Source: an uncultured Clostridia bacterium (GTDB taxonomy: Bacteria > Acidobacteriota > Blastocatellia > UBA7656). From it: DNA of 64,000 nt. The notes beneath the pieces were generated by a model. It was not told the DNA's origin, made no database searches, and worked only from the letters and a program-made list of their open reading frames with translations. A program made the translations under genes and the position numbers. The DNA is taken from assembly GCA_964468725.1 (NCBI GenBank), contig CAYXVU010000002.1:993-64992 (forward strand), written 5' to 3'. Of the stretch, positions 62,388-64,000 are shown piece after piece. Numbering within the stretch: position 1 is the stretch's first letter; the number at the start of each line of letters is the position of its first letter.

Positions 62388-63773
62388 ATGGCGATGTTCA
62401 ATGGTATAGAAGTTCCCGCAGATGGTCAAAAGATTACCGTCGAAGGCGCAAAGCTCCATGTGCCTCCGCATCCTGTCATCCCGTTTATCGAAGGGGACGG
62501 CACCGGACGCGACATCTGGCGCGCATCGCAGCGCGTTTTCGATGCAGCAGTCGAAAACGCCTATGGCGGCCAGCGCCGCGTCGTCTGGTATGAAATCTTC
62601 GCCGGAGAGAAGTGCTTCAATCAGTTTGGCGAATGGCTCACGGAGGATTCCGTCAAAGCCATCGCCGAATACGTCGTCGCCATCAAAGGGCCGCTCACCA
62701 CTCCTGTAGGCGGCGGCATTCGCTCGCTCAACGTCACCCTGCGCCAAGTGCTCGACCTCTACGCTTGTGTGCGCCCCGTGCGTTACTTTGACGGTGTGCC
62801 CTCGCCGGTCAAACGCCCCGATAAAGTGGACATCGTCATCTTCCGCGAAAATACCGAAGACGTGTATGCTGGCGTCGAATTCGTCTCCGGCAGCGAGCGC
62901 GCAGGAGAGATTATCGGCCTGCTAAATGACAAGTTCGGCTACAAGGTTCGCACCGATAGTGGCATCGGCATCAAACCCATTTCGCCGACCGGAACCAAAC
63001 GCCTGGTGCGCCGCGCCATCAATTACGCGCTCGAATTCAAACGCCGTTCGGTGACCTTGATGCACAAAGGCAACATCATGAAGTTCACCGAAGGCGCATT
63101 CCGCGATTGGGGATACGAACTGGCGAAAGAGGAATTCCGCAAACACATCGTCACCGAACGCGAGACCTGGATATTAGATAATCTCGACAAAAATCCGAAT
63201 CTCTCAGCCGAAGAGAACGCGCAAATGATCGAGCCGGGATTGGGGCAAATGTCGGAAAACCAGCGCAACGATGTCATTGCAGAGATCAATCATACGATTG
63301 CGGCCATCGGCCAATCGCATGGCAACGGCGCGTGGAAAGGGAAATTGCTCATTCAAGACCGCATCGCCGATTCGATGTTCCAACAAATCCTGATTCGCCC
63401 CGACGAGTATTCGGTCGTGGCGACGCCGAACCTCAATGGCGATTACTTCTCCGATGCGGCGGCAGCGCAAGTCGGCGGACTCGGCATGGCTCCGGGGGCG
63501 AACATTGGCGACAACGCAGCGGTCTTTGAAGCGACCCATGGCACGGCTCCCAAATATGCCGATAAAGATGTCATCAATCCGTCATCGGTGATGTTATCGG
63601 GCGTGATGATGTTCGATCATATGGGTTGGCGCGAAGCCAGCGAGTTGATTATCAGCGGGCTGACCAAAACGATTCAGCAAAAGCGTGTGACCTACGATTT
63701 GGAACGCCAAATGGAAGGCGCAACTAAAGTCAAAACCAGCGAATTCGCTTCGGCCATCATCGAGAATATGTGA
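62388..63773 (+). CDS. icd: NADP-dependent isocitrate dehydrogenase
   Basis: The IDH motifs GDGTGRDIW and NLNGDYFSD. Confidence 0.8.
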   Translation: MAMFNGIEVPADGQKITVEGAKLHVPPHPVIPFIEGDGTGRDIWRASQRVFDAAVENAYGGQRRVVWYEIFAGEKCFNQFGEWLTEDSVKAIAEYVVAIKGPLTTPVGGGIRSLNVTLRQVLDLYACVRPVRYFDGVPSPVKRPDKVDIVIFRENTEDVYAGVEFVSGSERAGEIIGLLNDKFGYKVRTDSGIGIKPISPTGTKRLVRRAINYALEFKRRSVTLMHKGNIMKFTEGAFRDWGYELAKEEFRKHIVTERETWILDNLDKNPNLSAEENAQMIEPGLGQMSENQRNDVIAEINHTIAAIGQSHGNGAWKGKLLIQDRIADSMFQQILIRPDEYSVVATPNLNGDYFSDAAAAQVGGLGMAPGANIGDNAAVFEATHGTAPKYADKDVINPSSVMLSGVMMFDHMGWREASELIISGLTKTIQQKRVTYDLERQMEGATKVKTSEFASAIIENM

Positions 63774-64000
63774 AGCGGTCAACGCCGTCGCGCCCTTTGC
63801 CAATAACCGCACAGCCTTTTCAGAGAAGAGGGTTGCCCTGAATTGCGCCTCTTATCCCGAAGGCCCGCGAATGATTCGTGTGGTTCTCGGTCTCTCCGGG
63901 TTTTCATTCCATCGCAACTTACCTGTACTCTTAACAGCCTATGACTTCATATTGGCGGCGATGCGTCTGACCATCGTCGCCAAAAAGAAGCAGACGACGC

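Overview
The window is high-GC bacterial chromosomal DNA of roughly 60% GC. The gene content (many TPR and secreted proteases, a PilT motor, an MGDG-synthase-like glycosyltransferase, EgtD) is compatible with an Acidobacteria-like organism, but this is a low-confidence guess. Most of the window is ordinary core or housekeeping content. It includes an OpuC-like ABC importer, pilT, one tRNA-Arg, an acyl-CoA dehydrogenase, a DegP protease, c-di-GMP and two-component signalling genes, greA, a three-gene acyl-CoA carboxylase, murB, ABC exporters, accA and icd. The clear accessory element is at the left edge. A low-GC three-gene cassette (HicB-like small protein, beta-class DNA methyltransferase, and a translationally coupled ORFan that is probably its restriction endonuclease) sits exactly after the stop codon of a HerA/DUF87-family ATPase gene. 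It is bracketed by a perfect 52-bp direct repeat that duplicates the last 52 bp of that gene. This matches the known mobile form of restriction-modification units, insertion with long target duplication. Together with the HerA-like ATPase it suggests that the window starts inside a defense island. Secondary curiosities are a pseudo-receiver/zinc-ribbon gene coupled to pilT, a GspG-like domain protein lacking a prepilin signal, a TPR protein with tandem retropepsin-like domains, a trypsin-beta-lactamase fusion, a Cys-rich GAF hybrid kinase, and several intergenic repeat, palindrome and G4 motifs. No CRISPR array, no rRNA and no integrase or transposase were seen.
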